Below, piece by piece: positions 1 through 12,509 of a DNA stretch of 64,000 bases. The stretch is taken from sequence record OV876907. One strand, given 5' to 3'. The stretch comes from Escherichia phage UGJNEcP3. The notes below the pieces were generated by a model, which searched no databases, was not told the origin of the DNA, and saw only the letters and a list, made by a program, of their open reading frames with translations. Within the stretch, counting starts at the first letter, position 1, and each line of letters opens with the position of its first letter. The translations under genes and the position numbers were made by a program.

Positions 1-1
1 T

Positions 2-976
2 ATTGTTACTTCAAAATTTAGAACGGAAAAAATGTACAACTTTTACAGAACAATAGGTGATGGCGAAGACCAGAACACTATGTATGTATCTTTCGGAAGG
101 GCCCGACCATGGGCCGATAACGAAAACGACCCCGGTTTTGCTCCGCCTTATCCTGTAGATGATTCTGAGGGCGTAGAAGACGTCTGGTCAAACATGATGG
201 GATGCGTTAAGGTTTATAAGAGCATGTTGGATTGTGTTGTTCCTCGCAAAGACTGGGGCGATACCTCTTATCCTAATCCGTTTACTTTCCAGATTGGTGA
301 AATTGTAGTGGCGAACAGCCAGCCGCAAAACCGTACTGATGTCGGTGCCGGGTGGATGGTTTATCGTTGTGTAGATATTCCGGAATCAGGTACATGTTCT
401 ATTTTGTCCCTTGACAATAAAACCGAGTGTATTAAACTTGGTGGTAAATGGACTTCAAACGTACAATCGGTTAAAGCCCCAGCAGGACAAGGCGATACGG
501 AAGGTATGGTTGATACAGGTGATGGATATCTCTGGGAATATTTGTATGAGATTCCACCTGATGTAAGTATTAACCGTTGCACTAATGAATATATCGTGGT
601 TCCATGGCCAGAAGAAATTGCCGAAGACCCAGAACGTTGGGGATACGAGAATAACCTTACTTGGCAGCAAGACGATTATGGATTGATTTATCGTATTAAA
701 GGCAATACCATTCGTTTTAAAGCATTCTTAGATTCAGTTTACTTCCCTGAATTTAGTCTTCCTGGTAACAAAGGATTTAGACAGCTTTCGATAATTTCTA
801 ACCCGTTAGAAGCTAAAGCCCACCCATCCGACCCGATCATTAAAGCCGAAAAAGAGTACTATGATGTTATAGACCTCTCCCGCCATTCAGGTGAAATGAT
901 TTATATGGAAAACCGCCCTCCGGTTATTCGTTCCATGGACCAAACAGAAGAAATTAACATTATCTTCGAATTCTAA
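2..976 (+). CDS. 8: baseplate wedge subunit gp8 (5' end lies upstream of window)
   Basis: Frame open from window start, TAA at 974-976; translation collinear with T4 gp8 (FAPPYP, NRCTNEYIVVPWPEE, GEMIYMENRPP); heads the 8-9-10-11-12 block. Confidence 0.9.
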   Translation: MVTSKFRTEKMYNFYRTIGDGEDQNTMYVSFGRARPWADNENDPGFAPPYPVDDSEGVEDVWSNMMGCVKVYKSMLDCVVPRKDWGDTSYPNPFTFQIGEIVVANSQPQNRTDVGAGWMVYRCVDIPESGTCSILSLDNKTECIKLGGKWTSNVQSVKAPAGQGDTEGMVDTGDGYLWEYLYEIPPDVSINRCTNEYIVVPWPEEIAEDPERWGYENNLTWQQDDYGLIYRIKGNTIRFKAFLDSVYFPEFSLPGNKGFRQLSIISNPLEAKAHPSDPIIKAEKEYYDVIDLSRHSGEMIYMENRPPVIRSMDQTEEINIIFEF

Positions 977-979
977 TAA

Positions 980-993
980 GGGCCGCAAGGCCC
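980..993 (+). terminator. GC-rich GNRA-loop hairpin after gene 8
   Basis: GGGCC-GCAA-GGCCC then TTTCGGGTTT; weak U-tract. Confidence 0.45.
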
Positions 994-1037
994 TTTCGGG
1001 TTTAATAAATACAGTATATCAATAATGAGGCATACCT

Positions 1038-1898
1038 ATGATTAAGCAAACTGGTAAAGAACTAATTGACGTCGGTGAAATTGGTAATGCCAGCACCGGC
1101 GACATTCTTTATGATGGTGGTGTTAAACTGAACACTGACTTAAACAACATCTATAATACTTTCGGCGACCAACGCAAAACTGCTTTAACTGGTGAATTAA
1201 CCGGTCAGAAATTACACGCTACAGGTTATTATCAAAAATTTGGTGATATGGACCAAGCAAGCTCGGTCGATTTAGGCTCTTTGGTGGATATCGATGCTTC
1301 TAGCGGTTCTATCGTGTTAACCACTGTAAAGGGTGCAGTTGGTGAAGGAATTGAGATTATCAACTCTAACGGAAGTATTTCATCTACCAACTATCTTGAA
1401 ATACGTATATTAGATACTTTTGCAAGTCATCCTACTTCAACCCTGCGTATTGTAACACCTTATACCAGAGTTCTTTTATGGTGTGTATCAGATACAAACG
1501 GTGTTGCGGTATGGGATTATTCAATTGAAAGCATGTTTGGTGATAAACGAGTTCCATTAAATAAGACATATAATATATCTTCTGTCGCTCGTGATATTCC
1601 GGTGGTTTATTCAGGTCAGTATTCATTGGTCAAACTTTTAGTTACTGCAGTGAATGCCAACGAAACCATTTACAAAGCTTCAGAATATCTTGTGTTTATC
1701 GATAACCAAGCTAAAAAGATTTATTCCACTGAATACGCAGTTATTAAACGTGGACAAACTTCAGATGATGACGAAATTTATTCTCTAGATTTTAAATTCG
1801 ATACATCAAACTATATTATCGCGACCGCTTCTTCTGTCAATCCTATGAGGCTTGCAATTAAGGTCGTAGAAACCCAAACTATTGGAGTTCCAGTATAA
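1038..1898 (+). CDS. 9: baseplate wedge / long tail fiber connector gp9
   Basis: ORF track; ATG 1038 after GAGG; position and size match T4 gene 9 between 8 and 10. Confidence 0.85.
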   Translation: MIKQTGKELIDVGEIGNASTGDILYDGGVKLNTDLNNIYNTFGDQRKTALTGELTGQKLHATGYYQKFGDMDQASSVDLGSLVDIDASSGSIVLTTVKGAVGEGIEIINSNGSISSTNYLEIRILDTFASHPTSTLRIVTPYTRVLLWCVSDTNGVAVWDYSIESMFGDKRVPLNKTYNISSVARDIPVVYSGQYSLVKLLVTAVNANETIYKASEYLVFIDNQAKKIYSTEYAVIKRGQTSDDDEIYSLDFKFDTSNYIIATASSVNPMRLAIKVVETQTIGVPV

Positions 1899-3709
1899 TG
1901 AAACAAGACTTAAAAGTAGGTTCCGCTGTTGATGACGGGTCCGGTGATTACCTGCGTGCAGGTGGTCTTAAAATTAATAACAACTTCAATGAGCTTTATT
2001 ACCAATTAGGCGACGGCAATAACCCACATGCCGCAGGCGCTTGGAAACAACATTCTACTGAAGACGGTGCTTTGTTGAATGCCGTAATGGGCCATAGCTA
2101 TACCCTTAATACCCAGGGTGGGCGTATTAACGTCCAGCTTCCTAAAGGCTCTCCTGAAGAATATAACTTTGTTATCCGTGTACGTGATGTGTATTCTTCA
2201 TGGCAAGCTAACCCAGTAACCTTAATCCCTGCCACAGGTGATACCATTAAGGGTTCAGCTACTCAAGTTGAAATTGCTCGCAACTTCTCTGACCTTGAAT
2301 TGGTTTATTGTGCGCCTGGTCGTTGGGAATATGTTGAAAATAAGCAAGTAAACCGTATTCCAAATAACGACCTTGCTACCGTAGCAACCAAGCAGTTTAT
2401 TGCTACTGAAGGTCAAACAGATTTTCTAGATGTTTTCCCTGGCCTTTCTTACAACGTAGCAAGTTTAAGCGTTTCGCAACGTGGTAACAATTTGTTCTAC
2501 GGTGTTGATGATATTTTTGATGCTGCTACCGCAGAGTTTGGTTCTCCGGGTGCTCAACCAGGTGAATTGGTTGCCTTGAATGGTAAGGACATCCGTTTAA
2601 AATATCCATGCGAAGCAGGTGATACCGTTATTATCAAATCGTATAATGACGGACTTGCTCAATGGCGCAGTTCTTATAACCGCCGTGATATAACAATCAA
2701 AAGTTCAGAATTGACTAAAGACGTTTCTGTTCCTGGTTCTTCTTTCGTAGGTGATTTGAGTACTTCACATGTTATATCAGCGGCTGATTTGAATATTTCC
2801 GTTAACAGTCCTATCAACCCAAATGCTTGCCAAGTCATGCTTAATAGCACATTACTTCATCAAGCTGGTACTGCTGGCCTTCCTTCGTTTTATTGTGAAG
2901 GTGCCGACGGACGTACTGCTACCGAGTGTTTTAATGCAGGCGGGCAATGGACTCAATCTAAATCAGACTATATTTTTAATTTGACCCCTGAAGATAAGAT
3001 TGAATCCATCGAATTTGGACGTGACTTTGAACATGGTGATATTCTTACGGTAATTTGGTACAATAACGATATCGGCACTACCATGGAAATTGATGAGATT
3101 TTGGATTATACCAATAACATCTATATTTCTAAAGGCCCTTCTATTGATATATCAGGCCAGGTTCGTATCACTGATGTAGATAATCCTTTTGCACCTAACG
3201 TTGAACCTGTCGCCCCATCTAATATTACAATAGATACGGCATCGACATTTTTTGATTTAATTTACCCTATAGGAACCATCTATGAGAACACGGTGAATCC
3301 TAATAACCCTAAAACTTATATGGGCTTTGGTTCATGGAAGCGTTTATCTGATGTGTTCTTGGTAGGTTGGTCTCCTGACGCTAGTTCTTTGTTTAATGCA
3401 AATAATAACGACCTGGATTCAGCGGGTGTTCCACAATCAACTGCAGGTGGGACTGGTGGTGCTCATGTGGCTAATTTGAAATATGAGAATATCCCAGAAC
3501 TTAATACAGATGATAAAGTCCTTATTGCTGATAATGATGGCCCTATTTTTGTAGGTGGATGTTTAGTTGACCCTGATTCGCAAGGACCGGCTTATACAAA
3601 ATATCGTGAAGATAAAGCCAGTATTAATAAGGCTCAAGGGACCACTCCCATCCCGGTTAATACTCTACCACCATACTTAACTGTTCATCGCTGGATGAGG
3701 ATTGCATAA
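1898..3709 (+). CDS. 10: baseplate wedge subunit and tail pin gp10
   Basis: ORF track; ATG overlaps gp9 stop (TAATG); size and position as T4 gene 10. Confidence 0.85.
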   Translation: MKQDLKVGSAVDDGSGDYLRAGGLKINNNFNELYYQLGDGNNPHAAGAWKQHSTEDGALLNAVMGHSYTLNTQGGRINVQLPKGSPEEYNFVIRVRDVYSSWQANPVTLIPATGDTIKGSATQVEIARNFSDLELVYCAPGRWEYVENKQVNRIPNNDLATVATKQFIATEGQTDFLDVFPGLSYNVASLSVSQRGNNLFYGVDDIFDAATAEFGSPGAQPGELVALNGKDIRLKYPCEAGDTVIIKSYNDGLAQWRSSYNRRDITIKSSELTKDVSVPGSSFVGDLSTSHVISAADLNISVNSPINPNACQVMLNSTLLHQAGTAGLPSFYCEGADGRTATECFNAGGQWTQSKSDYIFNLTPEDKIESIEFGRDFEHGDILTVIWYNNDIGTTMEIDEILDYTNNIYISKGPSIDISGQVRITDVDNPFAPNVEPVAPSNITIDTASTFFDLIYPIGTIYENTVNPNNPKTYMGFGSWKRLSDVFLVGWSPDASSLFNANNNDLDSAGVPQSTAGGTGGAHVANLKYENIPELNTDDKVLIADNDGPIFVGGCLVDPDSQGPAYTKYREDKASINKAQGTTPIPVNTLPPYLTVHRWMRIA

Positions 3710-4374
3710 TGACTTTAACTGAAATGAAAAGCGGGTTAAAATCCCGCTTAGCTGACTATTTGGAATTATCTTACACCAGTGACAAGCCCACTGCTGTTGC
3801 TGACCAACGACCTATCGGTGGCCCTTCTGCAAACCAAACCCAGAAGGGTGTTTATTTTCCTACAGTCCAAAGTGCAATAGATGATATTGCATTTAGAACA
3901 GAGCTTCCTGTGAACTCTGTTATTATTACCACAGAAAACAGAGCACCTGGATTTATCCAACAATCTGATAAAATTACATTTACCGGTTCTATTTCTTCAG
4001 GCGGCGAACTTGGCGACCCGGTTATTATTAAAGTGTTTGGACTTCCTGTAGAGGTCTTAGTTGGTGATTCATCTGTATTGGTTGCATCTAAAGTAAATGA
4101 TGTATTTTTAGACGCCATTGCTAATAGCTATATTTTAGCCGAAACGGCTATTGACGCCTTAGACCAATCTACCTTGAATATTAAATACAATGACTATCAG
4201 AATCATATTTTTTCACCATATAAACAATCGGGTTGTACAATTTCCCATACTATAGTCCAGCAGCCAAGGGCCGGATATGGTAAGTGGGAATACTTAGGTA
4301 ACTCTACCCAATCGTTAGCAGGTGGTACAGTTAACGGCACGATTCCTTTATATTACTATAAGAGATTATATTAA
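3709..4374 (+). CDS. 11: baseplate wedge subunit and tail pin gp11
   Basis: ORF track; start overlaps gp10 stop; size and position as T4 gene 11. Confidence 0.85.
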   Translation: MTLTEMKSGLKSRLADYLELSYTSDKPTAVADQRPIGGPSANQTQKGVYFPTVQSAIDDIAFRTELPVNSVIITTENRAPGFIQQSDKITFTGSISSGGELGDPVIIKVFGLPVEVLVGDSSVLVASKVNDVFLDAIANSYILAETAIDALDQSTLNIKYNDYQNHIFSPYKQSGCTISHTIVQQPRAGYGKWEYLGNSTQSLAGGTVNGTIPLYYYKRLY

Positions 4375-5900
4375 TGTCAACAAACACACTAAAACACATT
4401 AGTGATAAATCGGAATTCAAATCATTCGACCCTACTGGGTCGAATTTCCCGCCTGATATTACTAATGTTCAAGAAGCATTGGCAACTATTTCATTAATCG
4501 GCGTCACAGGTAATGTTCCCTCAGCCACAGAAACGTCCCAAGGCATTATTCGTCTTGCCACTACACAAGAAGTAATGGATGGATTGGATGCTTATAGTGC
4601 AGTGACACCGGCAACTTTAAAAGCTCGTTTAGATATTCCTACTCAGGCAACAGAAACTTATGTAGGTATTACCCGTTATGCTACTAACGCTGAAGCCATA
4701 GCAGGCACAGAGCCCCAGGCTGCAATCGTAGCAACTTCTTTGAAAGCGGTAATGGATTATACATTTGAGAACCGTTTATCAACAGAGAACGCCACAGGCG
4801 TTATCAAGATTTCAACTACACCTGCCGCATTAGCTGGTACCGATGATACCACAGCAATGACCCCACTTAAAGTATCTCAGGCAATTGGTGCAGCGACGGC
4901 AGCGTTACCGGTTTATTCTACGGCAACGACTACAAATGAAGGTTTAGTTCGTTTAGCGACCAATGCCGAGGTTGGTAATGGAAGTCTTTCGGTAGGTATT
5001 GCTATTTCTCCAGCCGGATTAGCCACATTAACTTCCACCGAAGCCAGAAGTGGTATTATTAAACTCGCTGGTTGGGATATGGTATCTAATGGTACCGACC
5101 ATACCGCCGCAGTTACACCGGCTTCTTTGTTAGCTCGTACAGGTAATACTGGACGTATTGGGTTGGTTCGTTTATCTACTACGGTAGGTCAAGGTGATGG
5201 TAATACAGCACTGGCTTATAATGCTAACGTTATTTCTACTTCAGGTGGTGAAATATGGGGTACTTTAAACGTTAATGGAGCATTACGTCGTAATGGTGTT
5301 GATGTTGTTACCCATGACCAATTATCAGATAGCGTTCCTGTAGGTACTATTTGCATGTGGGGCGGCAATGAAGGTAATATACCTGGTAAATGGCGTGCTT
5401 GTGTAGGTGGGACTTACACTGGTGGTGCATATTTAAATGCTGTTGGTGGGCGTTGGGGATGGTGGGGTGCTATTCCAGATTTCCGTGGATTATATCCTCG
5501 TGGCGCTAACATGGTTGGTGGATATTCTGAAGGTGAAGTTAACCCACATATTGCTGGTAACCGAGGACAAGACGGTAAAGGTAAGGCCCGTTTAGGCAAT
5601 GGTGTTGGTTCGTTCCCACAATCTTCCGTTCAAGCCCAAGCATTACGTTATCATAAACATGCTGGTGGTTTTGGTGAACATGATAACTATGGCGCTTTTG
5701 GTAACACCGCTAACTCCGGATATGTTGGTACTCGTAAAGGCCTTGACTGGGATAACCGTAGTTATTATACCAACGAAGGTTTTGAGACCACCGATCCTTG
5801 GAACCGTGATGGACATACCACATTGAATAGTGAAGGTCTTATTGCCAACGAAACACGTCCATGGACAATGTCCGTTCTTTTTATTATTAAAGTAGAATAA
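4374..5900 (+). CDS. 12: short tail fiber gp12
   Basis: ORF track; Thr/Ala/Gly-rich repetitive fibre-like N-terminal half and Gly/Trp-rich C-terminal head; position after gene 11. Confidence 0.85.
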   Translation: MSTNTLKHISDKSEFKSFDPTGSNFPPDITNVQEALATISLIGVTGNVPSATETSQGIIRLATTQEVMDGLDAYSAVTPATLKARLDIPTQATETYVGITRYATNAEAIAGTEPQAAIVATSLKAVMDYTFENRLSTENATGVIKISTTPAALAGTDDTTAMTPLKVSQAIGAATAALPVYSTATTTNEGLVRLATNAEVGNGSLSVGIAISPAGLATLTSTEARSGIIKLAGWDMVSNGTDHTAAVTPASLLARTGNTGRIGLVRLSTTVGQGDGNTALAYNANVISTSGGEIWGTLNVNGALRRNGVDVVTHDQLSDSVPVGTICMWGGNEGNIPGKWRACVGGTYTGGAYLNAVGGRWGWWGAIPDFRGLYPRGANMVGGYSEGEVNPHIAGNRGQDGKGKARLGNGVGSFPQSSVQAQALRYHKHAGGFGEHDNYGAFGNTANSGYVGTRKGLDWDNRSYYTNEGFETTDPWNRDGHTTLNSEGLIANETRPWTMSVLFIIKVE

Positions 5901-5909
5901 GGGTAAAAA

Positions 5910-7499
5910 ATGATTAACAAATTGGAACTTAGTGAGTTACCATTTGTTGACGGCGTACCTGATGCTCCTCAAAAGCGTATCCAATGGATACGCGAGGGTG
6001 ATTGTATGTCTGCAGCAAAAACAAAATACGGCAATGAAGGTAATTTGAACGCTGCTGCTTTAGGAGTTCAGAAAAACGTTGAAGCTCTTGATGCGAATGA
6101 TTTGAAAACCGCAGATAAAGTTAACGAACTGGTAGAAAACGTTAATAATATCAATGATGCCTTAGAAATGGCTACGGATATTTCCGCCATCCAACAAATT
6201 GAGAAAAACCGTGTTGATATCGTAGAGCTTAAGAGAGTAGAAGGCGAAACCACTGTCGGGCTAAACAATTTAACCATAAATTTAGACCACCTAAAAGAAG
6301 ACGTTGGTTACCATGACCCTTTACAAGACGGCCCGTATTTAACTGTACGTGAAAATATTGTTCTTCTTAAAACCGAAATAGGTCATTATGAAAACCAGGA
6401 TATAAATGGTAATCCGTTGCCTCCTGGTGAAACCAGTGAAGCCACCGGTATGAAACGACGCATCATTGATAATACCACTCAATTGGTCGACCATCGTCTT
6501 CGCATTGATACCCTTGAAAGGAATTATGAAGATTCTGACGTCGGGCAACTAGGTATTAAATTAAATGAAATTCGTGCTGAATTAGGTCCTCATTCCGATA
6601 CGGTAGGTAAACAACAGGCTTATACCCGAATTTCTGTATTAGAAACGGCTGCAATTAATTTCAATACATCTATCGACGAAATTAAGGCTGATATTGATTT
6701 CTCCGGTATGCCTATAAAGGACCGAGTAACTACTTTAGAAAGCAAAACTCTTACCCTAGAAAATTCGGTCACCGTTGATTTAAAACCTCGTGTAACATCA
6801 ATTGAAACCCAAATAGGTTCTGAATCAACTCCTACTTCTATTAATGGACGTTTAAGCGGTCTTCGTACTGATGTAAATGACCTTAAAACCATAGTGGGTG
6901 TTAGTTCAAGTGATGGCTTACGTTTCCAAGTTACTGATATCAACCGCCGTTTAGGTAGTGAAGTATCTCCGGCAGCTGGGACCATTAATAAGCGTTTAAA
7001 TGACGTTATTATCCAAGCAAACCAATCTACTTCATCTATCCAGGATATTCAAGTAGAAATTGGAAATAACCAATCCGGTATTAAGGGTACTTTACTTAAA
7101 CTCACCAATAAGGTTGACGGGACAAACCCTAACGGTACTACTGTAGAAGAACGTGGTCTTATTAACGCGGTTACTTCTTTAGAAACCCAGATGTTAGGTA
7201 AGTTGAATGATGCCCCTTCCGATGGTAAGCTTTATGCTCGTCGTAATGCTACGTGGACCGAAGTTCCTAACGTTTCTACTGAAATAGGGACCGTTAAAGC
7301 TGATTTAGTTGTTACCGATGGTAATGTAGCAGCTTTAACTTCTAGAGTTACTACAGCAGAAGATAAAATCACTGCATTAGAAACTGAACTTGCTAAACGT
7401 CCGCCGGTGGCTCCAGTTGCTGATGGACTTCCGTATGTTCTGGTTGATAATGCGTGGGTGCTATTGTCAGATTTTGTGACTTTAAACCCGGGACCATAA
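5910..7499 (+). CDS. wac: fibritin (whisker/neck fibre) Wac
   Basis: ORF track; long coiled-coil-like repetitive sequence; position between 12 and 13; followed by terminator hairpin. Confidence 0.85.
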   Translation: MINKLELSELPFVDGVPDAPQKRIQWIREGDCMSAAKTKYGNEGNLNAAALGVQKNVEALDANDLKTADKVNELVENVNNINDALEMATDISAIQQIEKNRVDIVELKRVEGETTVGLNNLTINLDHLKEDVGYHDPLQDGPYLTVRENIVLLKTEIGHYENQDINGNPLPPGETSEATGMKRRIIDNTTQLVDHRLRIDTLERNYEDSDVGQLGIKLNEIRAELGPHSDTVGKQQAYTRISVLETAAINFNTSIDEIKADIDFSGMPIKDRVTTLESKTLTLENSVTVDLKPRVTSIETQIGSESTPTSINGRLSGLRTDVNDLKTIVGVSSSDGLRFQVTDINRRLGSEVSPAAGTINKRLNDVIIQANQSTSSIQDIQVEIGNNQSGIKGTLLKLTNKVDGTNPNGTTVEERGLINAVTSLETQMLGKLNDAPSDGKLYARRNATWTEVPNVSTEIGTVKADLVVTDGNVAALTSRVTTAEDKITALETELAKRPPVAPVADGLPYVLVDNAWVLLSDFVTLNPGP

Positions 7500-7500
7500 T

Positions 7501-7522
7501 AAAAGGGCTTCGGCCCTTTTTT
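7501..7522 (+). terminator. intrinsic terminator after wac (UUCG tetraloop)
   Basis: AAAA-GGGC-TTCG-GCCC-TTTTTT. Confidence 0.7.
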
Positions 7523-7524
7523 GC

Positions 7525-7532
7525 TATAAATA
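7525..7532 (+). promoter_or_regulatory. T4-type late promoter TATAAATA (gene 13)
   Basis: Exact TATAAATA about 20 nt upstream of gp13 ATG, just after the wac terminator. Confidence 0.6.
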
Positions 7533-7553
7533 CGGTTATTAGAGGAATAAACC

Positions 7554-8489
7554 ATGGCAAGTGAATCATATAACCCTAAGCAACTCAAGGACGCAATCCT
7601 GCGCCGCCTGGGTGCACCGATTACGAATATTGAAGTAACTACAGACCAAGTATACGATTGCATCCAGCGCGCCCTGGAGCTCTACGGTGAGTATCATTAT
7701 AACGGCTATAACAAAGGTTATCAGGCTTTTTATATAGGCCATGATGACGAAGAAAAATTCCGTAACGGCGTATTTGACCTTAAAGGCCGTAATATATTTG
7801 CGGTAACACAAATTTTGAGAACTAATGTAGGTTCTTTAACATCTATGGATGGGCAAGCGACTTATCCGTGGTTTACTGATTTTGTATTAGGCTTGGCCGG
7901 TATTAATGGTGGTCTTGGAACTTCTTGTAACAGCTTTGGACCTAATGCCTTTGGTGCTGACCTTGGTTATTTTACACAATTAATGCAATATCGTTCTATG
8001 ATGCAGGACCTTTTGGTTCCATTGCCTGATTATTGGTATAACGATGCCACCGAACAATTGAAAGTAATGGGTAACTTTGTTAAAGGCGATTTTATTGTAA
8101 TTGAAGTTTATACTCGCTCTTTTAATGGGGTTGATTCTATGGTAGGAAATACAGCAGGGTATGGTTATGCTTCAGGCGGTTGTGATGAAAATGAATGGAG
8201 CCCTGGAGCTATTTGGGATAACCCTGCACGTCGTATTTCGGGTATGAGAGCAGGTGAAGACCTTGGTTTGCAAGATGGTTCGTATAATAACCGTTGGGTC
8301 AAAGATTACGCCACGGCATTGGTTAAAGAAGTCAATGGTAATATTTTGGCCAAACACCAAGGCATGCAACTTGCAGGTGGAACCACTGTAGATGGTATTC
8401 GATTGATTGAAGAAGCTCGTTTAGAAAAAGAACGTCTTCGCGAAGAATTAGATTTACTCGACCCACCAACACCTATTTTAATTGGATAA
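7554..8489 (+). CDS. 13: neck protein gp13
   Basis: ORF track; TATAAATA late promoter about 20 nt upstream, GAGG RBS; position as T4 gene 13. Confidence 0.85.
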   Translation: MASESYNPKQLKDAILRRLGAPITNIEVTTDQVYDCIQRALELYGEYHYNGYNKGYQAFYIGHDDEEKFRNGVFDLKGRNIFAVTQILRTNVGSLTSMDGQATYPWFTDFVLGLAGINGGLGTSCNSFGPNAFGADLGYFTQLMQYRSMMQDLLVPLPDYWYNDATEQLKVMGNFVKGDFIVIEVYTRSFNGVDSMVGNTAGYGYASGGCDENEWSPGAIWDNPARRISGMRAGEDLGLQDGSYNNRWVKDYATALVKEVNGNILAKHQGMQLAGGTTVDGIRLIEEARLEKERLREELDLLDPPTPILIG

Positions 8490-8491
8490 TT

Positions 8492-9265
8492 ATGGCCACT
8501 TTCGATTCGAGTTTATTTGCCAAGCTGGAAAATAACACCGGCTATGCTAACACGAACGAAACTGAAATAATGAACCCGTTCGTCAACTTCTACAAGCATG
8601 AGAATACCCAAACATTGGCTGATGCTTTAGTTGCTGAGTCTATTCAAATGCGTGGTATTGAGCTTTATTATATACCACGTGAATATGTTAAACCTGACCA
8701 GCTATTTGGCGAAGACCTTCAGAACAAATTTACTAAAGCCTGGAAATTTGCAGGTTATTTGGATTCCTTTGAAGGTTATTCCGGCGACAATACTTATTTC
8801 AGTAAGTTCGGTATGATGGTTAATGATGAAGTAACAATCACAATTAACCCTAACCTTTTTAAACATCAATGCAATGGCACTGAACCTGTTTCAGGTGATT
8901 TGATTTATTTCCCAATGGACAACAGCCTATTCGAAATTAACTGGGTACAACCTTACGACCCATTCTATCAAGTAGGAGCTAACGTCCAGCGGCGCATCAC
9001 CGCTACCAAGTTCATTTACAATGGTGAAGAACTTCGCCCTGAATTACAGAGAAATGAAGGTATTAATATCCCTGAGTTTAGTGAGCTTGATTTAATGCCT
9101 GTTAAGAATATCGACGGATTGGCTGATATCTCTGACATTCAATACGAAGAGGTCAATGAGATTAATGCTGAAGCGGCTGAATTCGTACATCCTTATGTTG
9201 TAATTAATGGACGAGGAGAGGATGCTCCTCCTACAGCATTTGATGATGCTTTTTTAGATGATTAA
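8492..9265 (+). CDS. 14: neck protein gp14
   Basis: ORF track; immediately follows gene 13; size as T4 gene 14. Confidence 0.85.
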   Translation: MATFDSSLFAKLENNTGYANTNETEIMNPFVNFYKHENTQTLADALVAESIQMRGIELYYIPREYVKPDQLFGEDLQNKFTKAWKFAGYLDSFEGYSGDNTYFSKFGMMVNDEVTITINPNLFKHQCNGTEPVSGDLIYFPMDNSLFEINWVQPYDPFYQVGANVQRRITATKFIYNGEELRPELQRNEGINIPEFSELDLMPVKNIDGLADISDIQYEEVNEINAEAAEFVHPYVVINGRGEDAPPTAFDDAFLDD

Positions 9266-9272
9266 ATAATAC

Positions 9273-9291
9273 ATGGCGCATGGTGCGCCAT
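9273..9291 (+). promoter_or_regulatory. stem-loop spanning the first ATG upstream of gene 15
   Basis: 8-bp stem (ATGGCGCA / TGCGCCAT) with 3-nt loop immediately 5' of the AGGAGG RBS. Confidence 0.4.
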
Positions 9292-9303
9292 TTAGGAGGT
9301 TTG

Positions 9304-10166
9304 ATGTTTGGACATTGGTATAATAGTTCGCTACGTCGCTATATTGTTTTGATGGGTGATTTATTTTCCCATGTTCAAGTAGCACGTCAAAGAGAAGATA
9401 CGGGGCTTAAATTTATTAAAGTTCCTATTACGTATGCTTCTAAAGAAAGATTTATGGCAAATTTGGGTAAATGGACGGCAGTACAGAATATTCCAAACCC
9501 TAATATGTCTCCTAAAGAACGAGCTGAACAAAAAGCTAAAGTGGAAACAGTTCTTCCACGTATGAACCTTCAAATGGTTGATATGCTTTATAACTCACAA
9601 TACAAAACGGCTCTTCAGAACAGAACACAAATTCAATTTGAGAATGGTGACCCGAGAAAACGAGTTAGCCAATATTCTCCTACTCCAGTAAAAATGATTT
9701 TCGAACTGGGTATTTACACTAGAACCCAAGATGATATGTTCCAAATTGTGGAACAGATTATGCCTTATTTCCAACCTCATTTTAATACTACAATTACCGA
9801 ACTCTATACAAACGAGATTAAATTTGACCGTGATATTCGTATTGTGTTCCAGTCTATTGCAATGGACGAACAATTAGAAGGTGATACCACTTCTCGTCGT
9901 CGTTTAGAATGGTCCATGATGTTTGAGGTTAACGGGTGGTTATATCCTCCAGTTAAAGAAATGGAAGGCGAAATTAAAACCATTTATCTTGATTTCTTTG
10001 CTAACTCAAAGGAACTCGCTCCTGAAGGTAATTTCGAATCGGTTGATAGCGAAGTGGTTCCTAGAGGCGTAGAACAAGCAGAATGGGATGGAAGTTCCGT
10101 TCAAACATATTCACAAGATATTCCAGTGCCTGTCGAGCCAGCGCCTCCAGCACCAAGGAGAAACCC

Positions 10167-10170
<4 letters not shown>
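9304..10170 (+). CDS. 15: tail sheath stabilizer / tail completion gp15
   Basis: Second in-frame ATG (9304) chosen: preceded by AGGAGG and matches T4 gp15 N-terminus (MFG..YNSS); track start 9280 sits inside a hairpin without RBS. Confidence 0.85.
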
Positions 10171-12480
<2,310 letters not shown>

Positions 12481-12509
12481 ACAATAAAGCATAACCAAGA
12501 GGATTCAAA

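Noticed and set aside
9280-9303. ORF-track start codons for gene 15 and several other genes (14521, 21583, 29331, 30369, 32250, 46359, 47071, 53531, 61978, 62144, 62390, 62758)
   Set aside because: These first-in-frame starts lack an RBS, lie in hairpins or promoters, or overlap the upstream gene; internal ATGs with a Shine-Dalgarno match and agreement with T4 N-termini were preferred.
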